The notes: generated by a model not told the origin, from the letters alone. Shown: positions 30,022 to 39,964, numbered from the stretch's first letter. The stretch: 64,000 nt of DNA from Candidatus Iainarchaeum sp. (GCA_016187745.1 JACPJC010000001.1:55977-119976); one strand, 5' to 3'. Made by a program: numbers and translations.

Positions 30022-30519
30022 TCATCCCAGCCCGAACAGTTTTGAAAGCCAGGCAATCCCATAGAAGCCGGCATATGCTATTGCCGAATATTTTATTACT
30101 TTCCCAATTGCAGTTGCAACAATGAATTTTCTTAGCGAATATCCCATAATGCCGCAGAATATCCCCACAACATCAAAGGGGAGCGGGGTTGCGGCAAAAA
30201 TAAGTATTACGAAAAAACCCCCGAATTTCTCGAAATATTTCTCCATTGCCTTCAGCTTGTCCCTGTAATTGTTAAGCGCGAGCTTTTCGCTACCATAGCC
30301 GATTCCATAGCCGATCATCTCCCCGAGCGCTGCCCCGATTCCCGCGGAAATCCCCAAAAACAGCGGATTGAAGCCGAACTGAGGCGCGGCCATTATGAAA
30401 ATCACGATAAATGCAGGCGTGGGCAGGAAAAGCGTTGCAGAACTTATAAAGCCTGCAAGCAGCGCCCCCAAATACCCGAGGCTTACTATCAATTCAGTCA
30501 AAAGCACATCAAGGGCCAT
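30022..30519 (-). CDS. DedA/VTT (SNARE-associated) membrane protein
   Basis: GA.LGE..GY, F..TP.PFD..G, GK..K motifs. Confidence 0.82.
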   Translation of the reverse strand: MALDVLLTELIVSLGYLGALLAGFISSATLFLPTPAFIVIFIMAAPQFGFNPLFLGISAGIGAALGEMIGYGIGYGSEKLALNNYRDKLKAMEKYFEKFGGFFVILIFAATPLPFDVVGIFCGIMGYSLRKFIVATAIGKVIKYSAIAYAGFYGIAWLSKLFGLG

Positions 30520-30576
30520 TTTCTCACGCGGAATCAGTTATGATTATAGAATGATTTATTATTAATTGTTTTTACT

Positions 30577-30630
30577 AAAGAACCTTGGCGCTGAACATTA
30601 AGCGCTTTGGCATTTATGCCAAGGTTCTTT
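30577..30630. repeat. 13-bp inverted repeat with 28-nt spacer
   Basis: AAAGAACCTTGGC ... GCCAAGGTTCTTT. Confidence 0.6.
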
Positions 30631-31348
30631 ACATTCCGCTCAGCAGCCTTTCGGCCTCAAACCTCGGGAGCCCGGCCTGCAAAACCTCATCATATGTTTT
30701 TTTCACGTCATATTCCACTCTGAAAATTTCCAGTTCCCTGGTTTCAGTATCAAGGATTCCGAAGCCGGCATTTTTATCCCCGTCACGCGGCTGCCCCACG
30801 GAGGGGAGAGACACAACAATGCGCCTTCCCATGCACTTTACTTTTGAGTTTCCGATAATTGCCTTCGTGCTATCCGCATTTGCCTCATAATAGAAAGGCA
30901 TGTGCACATGCCCGCATATTACCAAGGCCTCAGGCACGCGCCGAAGTGAATTCCTTGCAATTTCCTCATCCATATAGCCCCACAAGGGATTTTCGGGGCT
31001 TCCGTGGAGCGCAAGCATATACTGCATCGAGAAAAACCTTGGCAGTTCAGAAAGGAATTTTTTGTTCTGCGCAGTTAATTGTGGTTTTGTCCATTTTATG
31101 CATTCCGCGGCCTCGGGATTGAATTCCTCAAGCGGAATTTCCCCAACAGAAGCCGCATCATGGTTTCCCTGAATGCATATAACATTGTTGTTGCGCAAGC
31201 GCTCAATGCACTCATTCGGCCTTGCATTGTATCCTACAATGTCCCCAAGGCACAGGGCGCGCTCATAGCCGGTTTTCTGCGCAGCGGCAAGTACGGCATT
31301 CAGCGCGTGCAAATTGCCGTGCACATCCGCAATAAGTAGATAGCGCAT
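30629..31348 (-). CDS. metallophosphoesterase (YfcE/calcineurin-like)
   Basis: DVHGN, GDIVGY, GNHD, HGSP, GHVH, SVGQPRD. Confidence 0.9.
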   Translation of the reverse strand: MRYLLIADVHGNLHALNAVLAAAQKTGYERALCLGDIVGYNARPNECIERLRNNNVICIQGNHDAASVGEIPLEEFNPEAAECIKWTKPQLTAQNKKFLSELPRFFSMQYMLALHGSPENPLWGYMDEEIARNSLRRVPEALVICGHVHMPFYYEANADSTKAIIGNSKVKCMGRRIVVSLPSVGQPRDGDKNAGFGILDTETRELEIFRVEYDVKKTYDEVLQAGLPRFEAERLLSGM

Positions 31349-31365
31349 TCCTGAAGCCCCTGACT

Positions 31366-31521
31366 TCAGCCCCTGAGGAATACTACTATCCCTATAACCA
31401 TCAGAATCAGCCCGAAATAGGGATTTATTATGTCAATTGGCGCGGGAAATTTAGGCAGGTATGTGCCAACGCCCAGCCCGATCAGAAACATCCCGACAGC
31501 ATGCGCCGAATCAGTCGCCAT
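31366..31521 (-). CDS. small 51-aa two-TM membrane protein (absent from ORF track)
   Basis: GGAGG RBS, then MATDSAHAVGMFLIGLGVGTYLPKFPAPIDIINPYFGLILMVIGIVVFLRG*. It fills an otherwise empty gap in a co-oriented run. Confidence 0.7.
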   Translation of the reverse strand: MATDSAHAVGMFLIGLGVGTYLPKFPAPIDIINPYFGLILMVIGIVVFLRG

Positions 31522-31590
31522 TATATTGCCTCCATGGTTTCTCCAATAATTAATGCAAGGTGATTATTAAATCTATTGATTGTGCAGGCC

Positions 31591-33450
31591 TTATTCAAAA
31601 TCAGATGGCAATATTACCTCTTTTTTGTGTTTTTCCACTGCCTCAAGCAATCTCCTTCTCTGCTGCCCAATATGCTGCTTAAACACCTCAGGAACATTAG
31701 TTTCCGCCCTGTAGATGCCCTCAATCCTGTCCAGCCTCTCAAGGAGTTTTTTGGCCCTTATTGAGAATTGTCTTTCATAATCCTTTTCCGCAAATTCCCT
31801 GTTAAAAAGCATTTTAAAAAGTTCCTTAAGGTCTTCAAACCGCGGGATTAGCCCTATGGGGGTTTCAATTGCATTGCATTCGTTATGCACCCTTGCCTCC
31901 ATCCAGGCAAGCCAGGCTTTCTTGTCAGCTCTCCTGTTCAGGAATTCCCCATTTTCCTTAAGGAAATAGTTTGTGGCAAAGATTCTGGGCGGCTTATCAA
32001 GCAGCAGGCCGAATTTCAGATGGTTTTCTATATACGTGCCCAGGGGTATAACCAGAAAATCCAGGTTCGCCATAGGGTTGTGCTCCCTGACCCCTGTCTG
32101 CCCCAAAGTTGCCGCAGTGGTTTCTGATTCCAGCGCAGCGCCTATAAATACGCCATGGGGCCAGCCAAAAGATTCCAGCACAGGGGGGGAAGTATCAGAA
32201 TCCCTGCCTCCATAAATAATGCCTGAGACCGGCACCCCATCCGGATTATGCAAATTCTGATCAACATTCTCCAATTCCCCAAGCCTGATTGTGTAACGGG
32301 CATTCCTGTGCGCAGGCAGAATTTCTTTGCCAGTAGCATCTTTGTTTCCAAGCTCCCAATTTCCCGCATAATTTCTTCCCTGAACCGGGATATCCCTCCC
32401 CATCCCAAGCCAATAAGGGTTCTTATCAGCAATCAGGACATTTGAGAATATCATTTCCCTGGGGGTTGTAAGCGCTTTATAGATTAAAGGGTCATCACTT
32501 GGATTGACTTCCTCAATGATTCCGAAAATCCCCTGTTCAGCATTTGCTGCATATGCCCTGCCATCATTGCCTGCCATCAGGTATGCAATATCATCGCCAA
32601 CAATTGTCTGCCCAGGAATCATTGCAGTTGAGGTCTTGCCGCAGGCGCTTGGAAAAGCGCCTGTAAAATAAGTTGTGCGGTTTTTTCCTTCGGGCCTGAC
32701 GCCAATTATCAGCATGTGCTCGCAAAGCCAGTTTTCCAAATGGGATTTCTTGATTGCAAGGCGGAGTGCTAATTTCTTCAGCCCAACGCTGTTGCCTGCA
32801 TACTGGCAGTTTATTGTAAATACCCTGTTTCCCTCCAAGTCCATGTAGATCCTTCTCTTGCTGATGTTCTTGCTGATTCCATTTTCAAGCTCCCCCGAGG
32901 AATGGACAAAATGAAAGAAGTTGCTTGATCCGCCCAGCCTTCTGAATTCCTCATATCCTGCCCTGTACAGGATATCCTCGCTGTGCGCAACATAGGCGGA
33001 ATCGGTCAACTGCAGCGCGCAAATTGAAAACCTTGATTTTACAGGAGCCAGGCAGAAAAATCTCACCAGCATTTCCTTGCCCGCCATTATGTTGCGCAGC
33101 AATCCTGAAATTTCTTCTAGGCATTTCTCCCTATCGGCAGTATTTATTGCCTTGCCAAGGGTCTGGCCATCTGAAACAAGCACCTTCGTGTTTTCCCTAT
33201 CCCTCCCCTGGTCATGATAGCCGTCAAAATGCACAGTATGCCCCTGCATGGCCAGTGGCATTTCCTCGCCCCATTTTATTGCCAGCTCCTTTACATAATT
33301 GATGTCTTCTTTTGAATCAGTAATAACACTTATTTTTTCCGGCCTGCACAAATTCGCATATTCCTCCACAATCCCCAGAACATGCCTGTTGCCGAGCCCA
33401 AGCAGTTTGTCAGAATTGCCCTCATCCAGCACCGCCTTCGGGATATCCAT
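31591..33450 (-). CDS. pckG: phosphoenolpyruvate carboxykinase (GTP)
   Basis: YAGN..GLKK, EHM, GAFPSACGKTS, VGDDIA, H.NAR, GGR motifs. Confidence 0.93.
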   Translation of the reverse strand: MDIPKAVLDEGNSDKLLGLGNRHVLGIVEEYANLCRPEKISVITDSKEDINYVKELAIKWGEEMPLAMQGHTVHFDGYHDQGRDRENTKVLVSDGQTLGKAINTADREKCLEEISGLLRNIMAGKEMLVRFFCLAPVKSRFSICALQLTDSAYVAHSEDILYRAGYEEFRRLGGSSNFFHFVHSSGELENGISKNISKRRIYMDLEGNRVFTINCQYAGNSVGLKKLALRLAIKKSHLENWLCEHMLIIGVRPEGKNRTTYFTGAFPSACGKTSTAMIPGQTIVGDDIAYLMAGNDGRAYAANAEQGIFGIIEEVNPSDDPLIYKALTTPREMIFSNVLIADKNPYWLGMGRDIPVQGRNYAGNWELGNKDATGKEILPAHRNARYTIRLGELENVDQNLHNPDGVPVSGIIYGGRDSDTSPPVLESFGWPHGVFIGAALESETTAATLGQTGVREHNPMANLDFLVIPLGTYIENHLKFGLLLDKPPRIFATNYFLKENGEFLNRRADKKAWLAWMEARVHNECNAIETPIGLIPRFEDLKELFKMLFNREFAEKDYERQFSIRAKKLLERLDRIEGIYRAETNVPEVFKQHIGQQRRRLLEAVEKHKKEVILPSDFE

Positions 33451-33454
33451 AGAA

Positions 33455-33898
33455 TTACCTTCCTGCCCTGATGTTCAGGTCCTGCTTCAGCACAATGAAT
33501 GATTTTGTTTCAAGCACTCCGGAAATTCTCCTTATTGTATCTATAAGCTTGTTCATTTTCTCATGGCTCTGCGCCTCCCCGAAGCATATTATGTCATATT
33601 CCCCGGAAACCTCGCATATGTGGTTTATCTCATAGGGCAGCGCCTTGAGCCTTTTTATCATTTCCCTTGCATCAACCGCGGGCTTCAGCCTTATGCATAT
33701 GATTGCGCGGTAATCGAATTCAGTATTTGTTTCAATCCCGAATTTTATTATTGTGCCGGAATCCAGCATCCTTTTCACGCGGTGCCTTATGGTCCCCTCG
33801 GAAAGGCCCAGTTTCCTCCCTATGCCCATGAAGTGCAGCCTGCTGTTCTCCCTCAGGAGCGAGAGTATTTTCTTGTCGGTTTCATCGGCTTTCATCAA
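33455..33898 (-). CDS. Lrp/AsnC family transcriptional regulator
   Basis: D..D..IL..L..NSR, LSEGTIR.RV HTH, SGEYD RAM domain. Confidence 0.9.
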   Translation of the reverse strand: MMKADETDKKILSLLRENSRLHFMGIGRKLGLSEGTIRHRVKRMLDSGTIIKFGIETNTEFDYRAIICIRLKPAVDAREMIKRLKALPYEINHICEVSGEYDIICFGEAQSHEKMNKLIDTIRRISGVLETKSFIVLKQDLNIRAGR

Positions 33899-33956
33899 AG
33901 AAGCAGATACGAAATTGTTTAAAAACCTTACTGAAATTACGGATTTCGTTTTTCAC

Positions 33957-34916
33957 TCACTTCTTTATTCCCCTGGCCTCAAACAGTTCCGAAACCGATT
34001 TGTTTTCGTGGATGTTCCCTATCGCCTTTGCAAGAATCTCCGAAACCGAAAGGACCCTGATTTTTCCGATTGCCCTTTCGCTTGCAATCGGGATGGTGTC
34101 CGTAACAATCAGCTCCTTTATCGGCGCGGAATTCAGCTTTTCAATGGCATTTCCCGCAAGTATTGCATGCGTAACAGCAACATAAATGTCCCCCGCGCCG
34201 TTCTCCTTCAGGATTTTCGCGGCATTTACAATAGTTCCCCCGGTGCTTATCTCATCATCTATTATTGCAATGTTCCTGCCCTTCACTTCCCCGATCAGGG
34301 AAACTGTTTCAACCTCATCATGCACCCCGCGCTTTTTGCTTATTACTGCCATTTCCGCATCCAGCAGCCTTGCGAAATCCCTTGCGCCCTTTGCGCTTCC
34401 GACATCCGGCGCAACAACGGTAAGGCTTGGGAGCTTCTTGCTCCGCAGATAATTCAATATGAGCGGCTCCGCAGTAAGATTGTCAAGGGGAATATCGAAG
34501 AAGCCCTGCACCTGTCCGGAATGCAAATCAATTACCGCAACCCTGTCCGCGCCCGCAGCAGTAAGCAAATCAGCGACCAATTTTGCAGTAATTGGCTCCC
34601 TGCTCTCAGTTTTCCTGTCCTGCCTCCTGTATCCGTAAAAAGGCATAACTGCGGTAATGCGCCCCGCACTCGCGCGCTTTGCAGCATCAATCATTATCAA
34701 AAGTTCCATTATATTTTCATTAGCGGGATTGCAGGTGGGCTGCACAAGAAAAACGTCCTTTCCCCTTATGTTCTCAAGGAACTGCACGTATGTTTCATTA
34801 TCAGCAAACCGCTCAATCCTTATTTTTCCAAGCGCAATTCCGAGATGCTCCGCAATTCCCTCAGTGAGCTTCGGGTTTGCGCTTCCTGAAAACAGAACAA
34901 GGTCAAAATTTTCCAT
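33957..34916 (-). CDS. prs: ribose-phosphate pyrophosphokinase
   Basis: FADNE, YRRQDR, DLHS, APDVG, DDEISTGGT; ATG follows GGGGAG. Confidence 0.96.
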   Translation of the reverse strand: MENFDLVLFSGSANPKLTEGIAEHLGIALGKIRIERFADNETYVQFLENIRGKDVFLVQPTCNPANENIMELLIMIDAAKRASAGRITAVMPFYGYRRQDRKTESREPITAKLVADLLTAAGADRVAVIDLHSGQVQGFFDIPLDNLTAEPLILNYLRSKKLPSLTVVAPDVGSAKGARDFARLLDAEMAVISKKRGVHDEVETVSLIGEVKGRNIAIIDDEISTGGTIVNAAKILKENGAGDIYVAVTHAILAGNAIEKLNSAPIKELIVTDTIPIASERAIGKIRVLSVSEILAKAIGNIHENKSVSELFEARGIKK

Positions 34917-34980
34917 AACTCTCCCCAAAAAAACAATAATGGCTTCAGTTTTTATAGCTTTGTTTTCCTATTCTTTAATT

Positions 34981-35781
34981 ATGCCTAAATTGGATTTGAT
35001 TCCCGAGCAGCAGCTCAAAAAGCATGCGCTTGTCTTCTGCATGGACAATATTCTCATTCCCGGGGACATTGCGCAGAAAATAAACAAGGGCGCAATTGAG
35101 GAAATTTTGCAGAACCTCCACGAAATGGAAACGCGCTACAAGAATTTCCATGTTTTTGTTGTTTCAGGCGCAAAAACCGAAGAGGCAAAAGGCATAATTT
35201 CTGAAAACGGCCTGAACTCCTACTTCAATGATGCAAATATTCTCGGGGTCACGCAAGCCTATGTGGATTCCAAGGAGCCCATAGATAAGGAGCGCTATGG
35301 GATTGAGCTGCAGAAAAACCCCAGATTTCGGGATGAGTTCTTCAAGCAGTATGCGATTGACAAGGAGATAATAGAAAAGCGCGGCATTCCCCGCGAGAAC
35401 ATACTTCTCATATGCCATGACCTCCTTACCGATGCTTTTTATACCCTGCGCTTCTCCCAGGTTGATTTTGCGCTTGTTAAGGGCGCGCTTTCCTACCGGC
35501 ATCTTCCAATTAAGGAAGTGATAAAGGGCCTTGTGTACCTTAACATGAACTGGAAGGAATTCAGGAAGCTCCTCACTGGAAAATCAAAAAAAGGAAACAC
35601 AAAATTCCTGGAAAGCTATGTTTATTCAAGGCTTCAGAAGGACGTTATTGGCGGCTTCGAGATTGATGTCAAAACAATTGAGCTTAAAAAGAAGAAAAAG
35701 ACTGAAAACAAAATGCAGCGCGCTGCGCTTGACTCCGCGCAGGCAGTAAAGGAAAAAACCGGCGGAAAGGCGGATTTCTAG
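34981..35781 (+). CDS. hypothetical protein with degenerate HAD-like fold
   Basis: LVFCMDNIL (motif I-like), VVSG (II), LLICHDLLTD (IV-like); ATG at 34981. Confidence 0.55.
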   Translation: MPKLDLIPEQQLKKHALVFCMDNILIPGDIAQKINKGAIEEILQNLHEMETRYKNFHVFVVSGAKTEEAKGIISENGLNSYFNDANILGVTQAYVDSKEPIDKERYGIELQKNPRFRDEFFKQYAIDKEIIEKRGIPRENILLICHDLLTDAFYTLRFSQVDFALVKGALSYRHLPIKEVIKGLVYLNMNWKEFRKLLTGKSKKGNTKFLESYVYSRLQKDVIGGFEIDVKTIELKKKKKTENKMQRAALDSAQAVKEKTGGKADF

Positions 35782-35796
35782 GATTTTGTAATTGAC

Positions 35797-36838
35797 CTAT
35801 TTCAAATCTTCATCACTCAAAATCATTGCCTCTGCATTCGGCCTTTTGTCTGTTGCCCCGTACTCATAGAATATGTCCAAAAACTTCTGCGCAGCCTCAA
35901 CATGCCCATCAAAATCCTCTGTTGTGACCCAGATTGGGAATGGCACCTTATCAGCAATTTCATTTTCCATGCCTAAATATTTTGGAAGGAATTTCCTGAA
36001 CTCATCCGGACTGGCATTAATCTCATCAACTGATTTTATCCGGACTGGCATTAATCTCATCAACTGATTTTGTGAGAATTGAAATGACCTTTTTTGCCTC
36101 GACAGGATGTTCTTTCATAAATTTCGTTGAGATGCTGAATGCCCCGCCGCACCAAGGGTCTGCAATATATCTTACCATTGGGCTTGCAATAAAAACCTGC
36201 GAAATGCCTTTTTCCGTTCCAATAGTTCCAACTGGCTCAAGAGTTAGAACAGCATCAACCTGCCCTGACTGCAATGCCTGCAACTGCAATGGAATAGCCA
36301 ATTCAACAATCCTCACATCAATTTCTACTTCCAAATTATTTTCTGCAAGTATGTGCTTCGCAACAGTTTTGAACTGTATTCCCGGAATAATTCCAAGGTT
36401 CCTTCCCTTCAAATCAGCAATGGTTTTTATTGAAGCATCATCCCTTCTTGTGAGCAGCTCATCATTAAGATGCTGCAGGTCCCCGCAAACAAAGCCAAAC
36501 ACCTTGATGTTTCCTGGGGCTTTTGTCTCAGCAATTCCAACAATTCCCGTTCCTGTGTTGGCTGCAACATCAGTGCTTCCTGCCTCCAATGAATCAACAA
36601 TTTGGCCTGGATTGTCAAATCTTACTATTTCAACATCTAGACCTGCATCTTCAAAATAGTGGTTTTCAACAGCATTGAAAAGCAAAAGGCTTTGGACTGC
36701 AGGCAGATAACTGATTTTGATTTTAACATCCTCATTCTGTAAAATGGTTGCTTGCCCCGTAGTGGATATAAACACCGCTGAAAGCGCAGCAACAAGCGCA
36801 ACGCACACAACAACCAAAATGAAATTTCTTTTGTTCAT
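35797..36838 (-). pseudogene. NitT/TauT-family ABC substrate-binding protein, frameshifted by a 34-bp tandem duplication
   Basis: N-terminal TM, YF..AGLDV, I.DLKG, G.VDA motifs. Removing one repeat copy restores a 335-aa ORF. Confidence 0.8.
36004..36071. repeat. perfect 34-bp tandem duplication
   Basis: ATCCGGACTGGCATTAATCTCATCAACTGATTTT at 36004-36037 and 36038-36071. Confidence 0.95.
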
Positions 36839-36891
36839 TCAATCACTCCTTCACTAAATAAAATTGCTGTTTTTGTACCTCTTATATATTG

Positions 36892-36910
36892 CCACCCCCT
36901 ATGGTGGTGG
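36892..36910. promoter_or_regulatory. candidate TrmB operator between divergent TATA boxes
   Basis: CCACC..GGTGG inverted repeat flanked by TTATATA (left) and TTTAAAA (right). Confidence 0.35.
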
Positions 36911-36941
36911 ATTTAAAAAGAGAAACTTACAATATTCATAG

Positions 36942-37694
36942 ATGATAAAAGAAAGCCTTGAGCAGGCAGGCCTCAGCAAGAACGAGACAAAGGTATATGT
37001 TGCGCTGCTCCCTTTAGGCTCTGCAACAGCAGGCGAATTGATAAGCAAGGCTGCAATTCCAAGGTCAAAGATTTATGTTGTACTTGACAGGCTCATTGAG
37101 AAAGGCCTTGCCTCTTTTGTTGCCAAGGGCAAAACAAGATATTTCCAAGCAAGCCCACCCTATCACTTAAAGGAAATCCTTGAGAAAAAGGAAGAGGCAA
37201 TAAAAATACAGAAGCAGGAAATAGAAAAAATAATCCCAAAATTAGTGGAAATGCAGAAAACAGGCTACGAGGAGCAAAAGGCAACATTGTTTGAGGGGAT
37301 AAAGGGGGTTAAGGCGGCAGTAACCGACATAATCAATACGCTTAGAAAAGGAAACAGTTATGATGTTTTCACAATGGGCGAAGAATTAGAGAAAGAAGAT
37401 GTGATGCTCTTCTTCAGGTGGTATCATACTCAAAGAGCCAAGAAAGGGATTGGCGTAAGGCTTATCACAAATAAAAATGTGAGCAGGGTAATGAGAAAAT
37501 ATCACATGTATCCTTTGATGAAACTGCGCATATCCGAACAAATAATGCCGACAGGAATTTTCATATATGCCGATAAGGTGCTAACTCTAATTTGGGGCGA
37601 AAAGCCGATTGCTGTGATTATTAAATCAAAACTCCTGAACCAGAGATACAGGGAATTTTTTGAAAATATGTGGGCTGTTGCAAGGGCGCAATAA
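36942..37694 (+). CDS. TrmB family transcriptional regulator
   Basis: GLS.NE.KVY..LL, PRSKIY.VL.RL.EKGL wHTH; C-terminal PLD-like effector domain. Confidence 0.88.
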   Translation: MIKESLEQAGLSKNETKVYVALLPLGSATAGELISKAAIPRSKIYVVLDRLIEKGLASFVAKGKTRYFQASPPYHLKEILEKKEEAIKIQKQEIEKIIPKLVEMQKTGYEEQKATLFEGIKGVKAAVTDIINTLRKGNSYDVFTMGEELEKEDVMLFFRWYHTQRAKKGIGVRLITNKNVSRVMRKYHMYPLMKLRISEQIMPTGIFIYADKVLTLIWGEKPIAVIIKSKLLNQRYREFFENMWAVARAQ

Positions 37695-37764
37695 AAACGC
37701 TATACTTAAAAATGATTTGTTCTATCTTTATTACACATAAGGTAGAATAAAGGAGGCACAAATT

Positions 37765-38037
37765 ATGTATAAGACAGTAAAGATTCTTGAGGAAACATAC
37801 GAAGACGCGAAGGAGCTTGAAAAGAGGCTTGAGAAAAATAGGGAGATAGCTGGCCTGCGCAAAGTAACTCTTTCCGCAGCAATAACCTATGCTCTAACAA
37901 AAACACTTGAGGATTTAAAAAGCAGAAAGAGATTCCTTTCATCAGCGGGCGGCTGGGCGGATATTGACACAGAAAAGCTCAAGAGGGAAATCTATGCATC
38001 GAGAATGCTTGCCAAAAGAGCAGGGGTTGAGTTTTAG
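37765..38037 (+). CDS. VapB-like antitoxin
   Basis: KTVKI.EETY RHH-like N-terminus and AGGW motif; overlaps the PIN toxin start. Confidence 0.72.
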   Translation: MYKTVKILEETYEDAKELEKRLEKNREIAGLRKVTLSAAITYALTKTLEDLKSRKRFLSSAGGWADIDTEKLKREIYASRMLAKRAGVEF

Positions 38038-38420
38038 TGAGGCTTATAGACACGGATGTTGCAGTTGATTACCTGAAAGGCAATCCAAGAATAGTGCAAG
38101 TGCTTTCAAGTGAGCAGGAGGTTTTTATAACATCAATCACGCTTGCAGAATTGTTTTATGGGGTGCATAATTCAGATGATATTGAGAAACACAAATCCAA
38201 ATTACTGGATTTTCTCTCACAAGTTAGAGTATTGAATCTGGATTACAATTCATGCGAATTGTTTGGCAGAATCAAAAGCAGGCTGAAAAAAAGCGGCAAT
38301 ATTGTAGGCGATCTTGATTTGATAATTGCAAGTATCGCCTTGAGCAATGGCTTTGCACTTACAACAAACAACATAAGCCATTTTCAGAAAATAGAGGAGC
38401 TTAAAGTAGAGAATTATTAA
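38037..38420 (+). CDS. vapC: PIN-domain toxin
   Basis: IDTD, T.AEL..G, DLIIA..A, T.N..HF. Confidence 0.92.
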   Translation: MRLIDTDVAVDYLKGNPRIVQVLSSEQEVFITSITLAELFYGVHNSDDIEKHKSKLLDFLSQVRVLNLDYNSCELFGRIKSRLKKSGNIVGDLDLIIASIALSNGFALTTNNISHFQKIEELKVENY

Positions 38421-38430
38421 ACAATTCAAG

Positions 38431-39195
38431 CTATTTTCCCGCCCAATGCACGGTTCTTTTCTCAATCCACACAAATAGGGTATTTACCATAAACCCAAGG
38501 ATCCCCGCGACAATGATTGCTGCGTACATCTCCGGAATCCGGTAAACAAGCTGCGCATCTATTATCCTGCGCCCCAGGCCGAAATTCGTGCCTATGAACA
38601 TTTCTGTAACAATTATGATTATCAGCGCCAGGCTCACAGCAATGCGCATCCCTGCAAATGTGCCTGGCAGGGCATCAGGGAATATGACCTTTGTGAAGAG
38701 CTTTGTTTTGCTTGCTTTCATTATTTTTGCAGCCATTATGCGGAGCTTGCTTGCATGATGCACCCCGTACATCGTATTTACAACAATTATCAATGCGCAT
38801 GCAAAGGCGGTAACTGCAATTTTGCTTTCGTCGCCAATCCCGAAAAATAGCATGAACAGCGGGAACATTGCTGTTGCAGGAAGGCTCCTGAAGAAATCAA
38901 CAAAAAACTCCAGTGAATAGTAAATCTTGTCGGAATAGCCCATTACCAGCCCCATGGGAATTCCAATAATTGCGGCGATTGCAAAACTGACAAGCGTCCT
39001 GTATAGCGTTGCAGAAATGTCAGGCCAGATTGTAATTGCAGGATCAGTGCTTGCAAGAAGCTCAACAAGCTTCAGCGCAACCTCATAAGGGGTTGGCAGG
39101 AACAGCGGATTGATTATGTTGAGCAGCGAGGCAATCTGCCAAAGTACCAGAATCGCAATTGGAGAAACCAGAATCAATAATTTTTTCCTTTGCAT
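38431..39195 (-). CDS. NitT/TauT ABC transporter permease
   Basis: LP.P, multiple TMs, FP.ALP...GMR, EM. Confidence 0.9.
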   Translation of the reverse strand: MQRKKLLILVSPIAILVLWQIASLLNIINPLFLPTPYEVALKLVELLASTDPAITIWPDISATLYRTLVSFAIAAIIGIPMGLVMGYSDKIYYSLEFFVDFFRSLPATAMFPLFMLFFGIGDESKIAVTAFACALIIVVNTMYGVHHASKLRIMAAKIMKASKTKLFTKVIFPDALPGTFAGMRIAVSLALIIIIVTEMFIGTNFGLGRRIIDAQLVYRIPEMYAAIIVAGILGFMVNTLFVWIEKRTVHWAGK

Positions 39196-39196
39196 T

Positions 39197-39964
39197 TCAT
39201 TTCCTTCCCGCTTCAAATGCCTTTAATACTGAATTGCGCAGCGCAAAGAATTTCCTGCCCAGGCGCATTTCCATTTTTCTCGGCCTCGGCAAATCCACAG
39301 TGATTATTTTTGCAATTCCCGCAGGCCTCTTGCTTAATACAACTACCCTGTCTGCGAGATAAATTGCCTCATCCAAGTCATGGGAAACAAACAATGTTGT
39401 TTCCTTTTTTTCTGTTTTGTCAAGAATGTCAAGAAGCGCATCCTCCATTTTCAGGGTTGTTGTGTAATCTAGCGCCGAGAAAGGCTCATCAAGAAGAAAA
39501 ACCTCGGGGTCAAATGCAAGCGCCCTTGCAATTGCAGTCAATTGCTTCATGCCCCCGGAAAGCTCGTAGGGGAATTTGTCCCTGAATGCAAGAAGGTTGA
39601 TTTCCTCAAAGTGTATTTTTTTAAGGACATTCTCGGCAATTGCTTCCCTATTGGAATCCATGTTTTGCGCCTCAAGAGCAAATTCCACATTCCCTGAAAC
39701 AGTGCGCCACGGGAAAAGGCTCTGATTGTAATCCTGAAAGACAAACCCTATCTTTGAATGCGCAGGCGCTTTGCCATTTATCAGTATGCTCCCTTTAGTG
39801 GGGGTTTCCATCCCTGAAAGTATATTCAGCAGGGTTGTTTTCCCGCAGCCATTGGGCCCGAAAAAGGTTATGAACTCTCCGGATTTGACCTTGAGGTTCA
39901 GATTGTCAAGCACCTTCAGCGCGCCGAAGCTCTTGCTCAGCTTCTCAATTGCAATTTCGCTCAT
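39197..39964 (-). CDS. NitT/TauT ABC transporter ATP-binding protein
   Basis: GPNGCGKTT, LFPWRTV, LSGGMKQ, LLDEPFSALD, SHD. Confidence 0.93.
   Translation of the reverse strand: MSEIAIEKLSKSFGALKVLDNLNLKVKSGEFITFFGPNGCGKTTLLNILSGMETPTKGSILINGKAPAHSKIGFVFQDYNQSLFPWRTVSGNVEFALEAQNMDSNREAIAENVLKKIHFEEINLLAFRDKFPYELSGGMKQLTAIARALAFDPEVFLLDEPFSALDYTTTLKMEDALLDILDKTEKKETTLFVSHDLDEAIYLADRVVVLSKRPAGIAKIITVDLPRPRKMEMRLGRKFFALRNSVLKAFEAGRK

Noticed and set aside
33753-34889. 378-aa plus-strand ORF
   Set aside because: Antisense shadow of prs with no motifs. The same applies to the many short antisense ORFs over guaB, purL, pyrG, lhr and the surface proteins.
34657-34980. upstream extensions given by the ORF track (also 40980, 49409, 55080, 61034, 52036, 21827)
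   Set aside because: They overlap neighbouring genes; downstream ATGs fit RBS/TATA spacing and family N-termini better.
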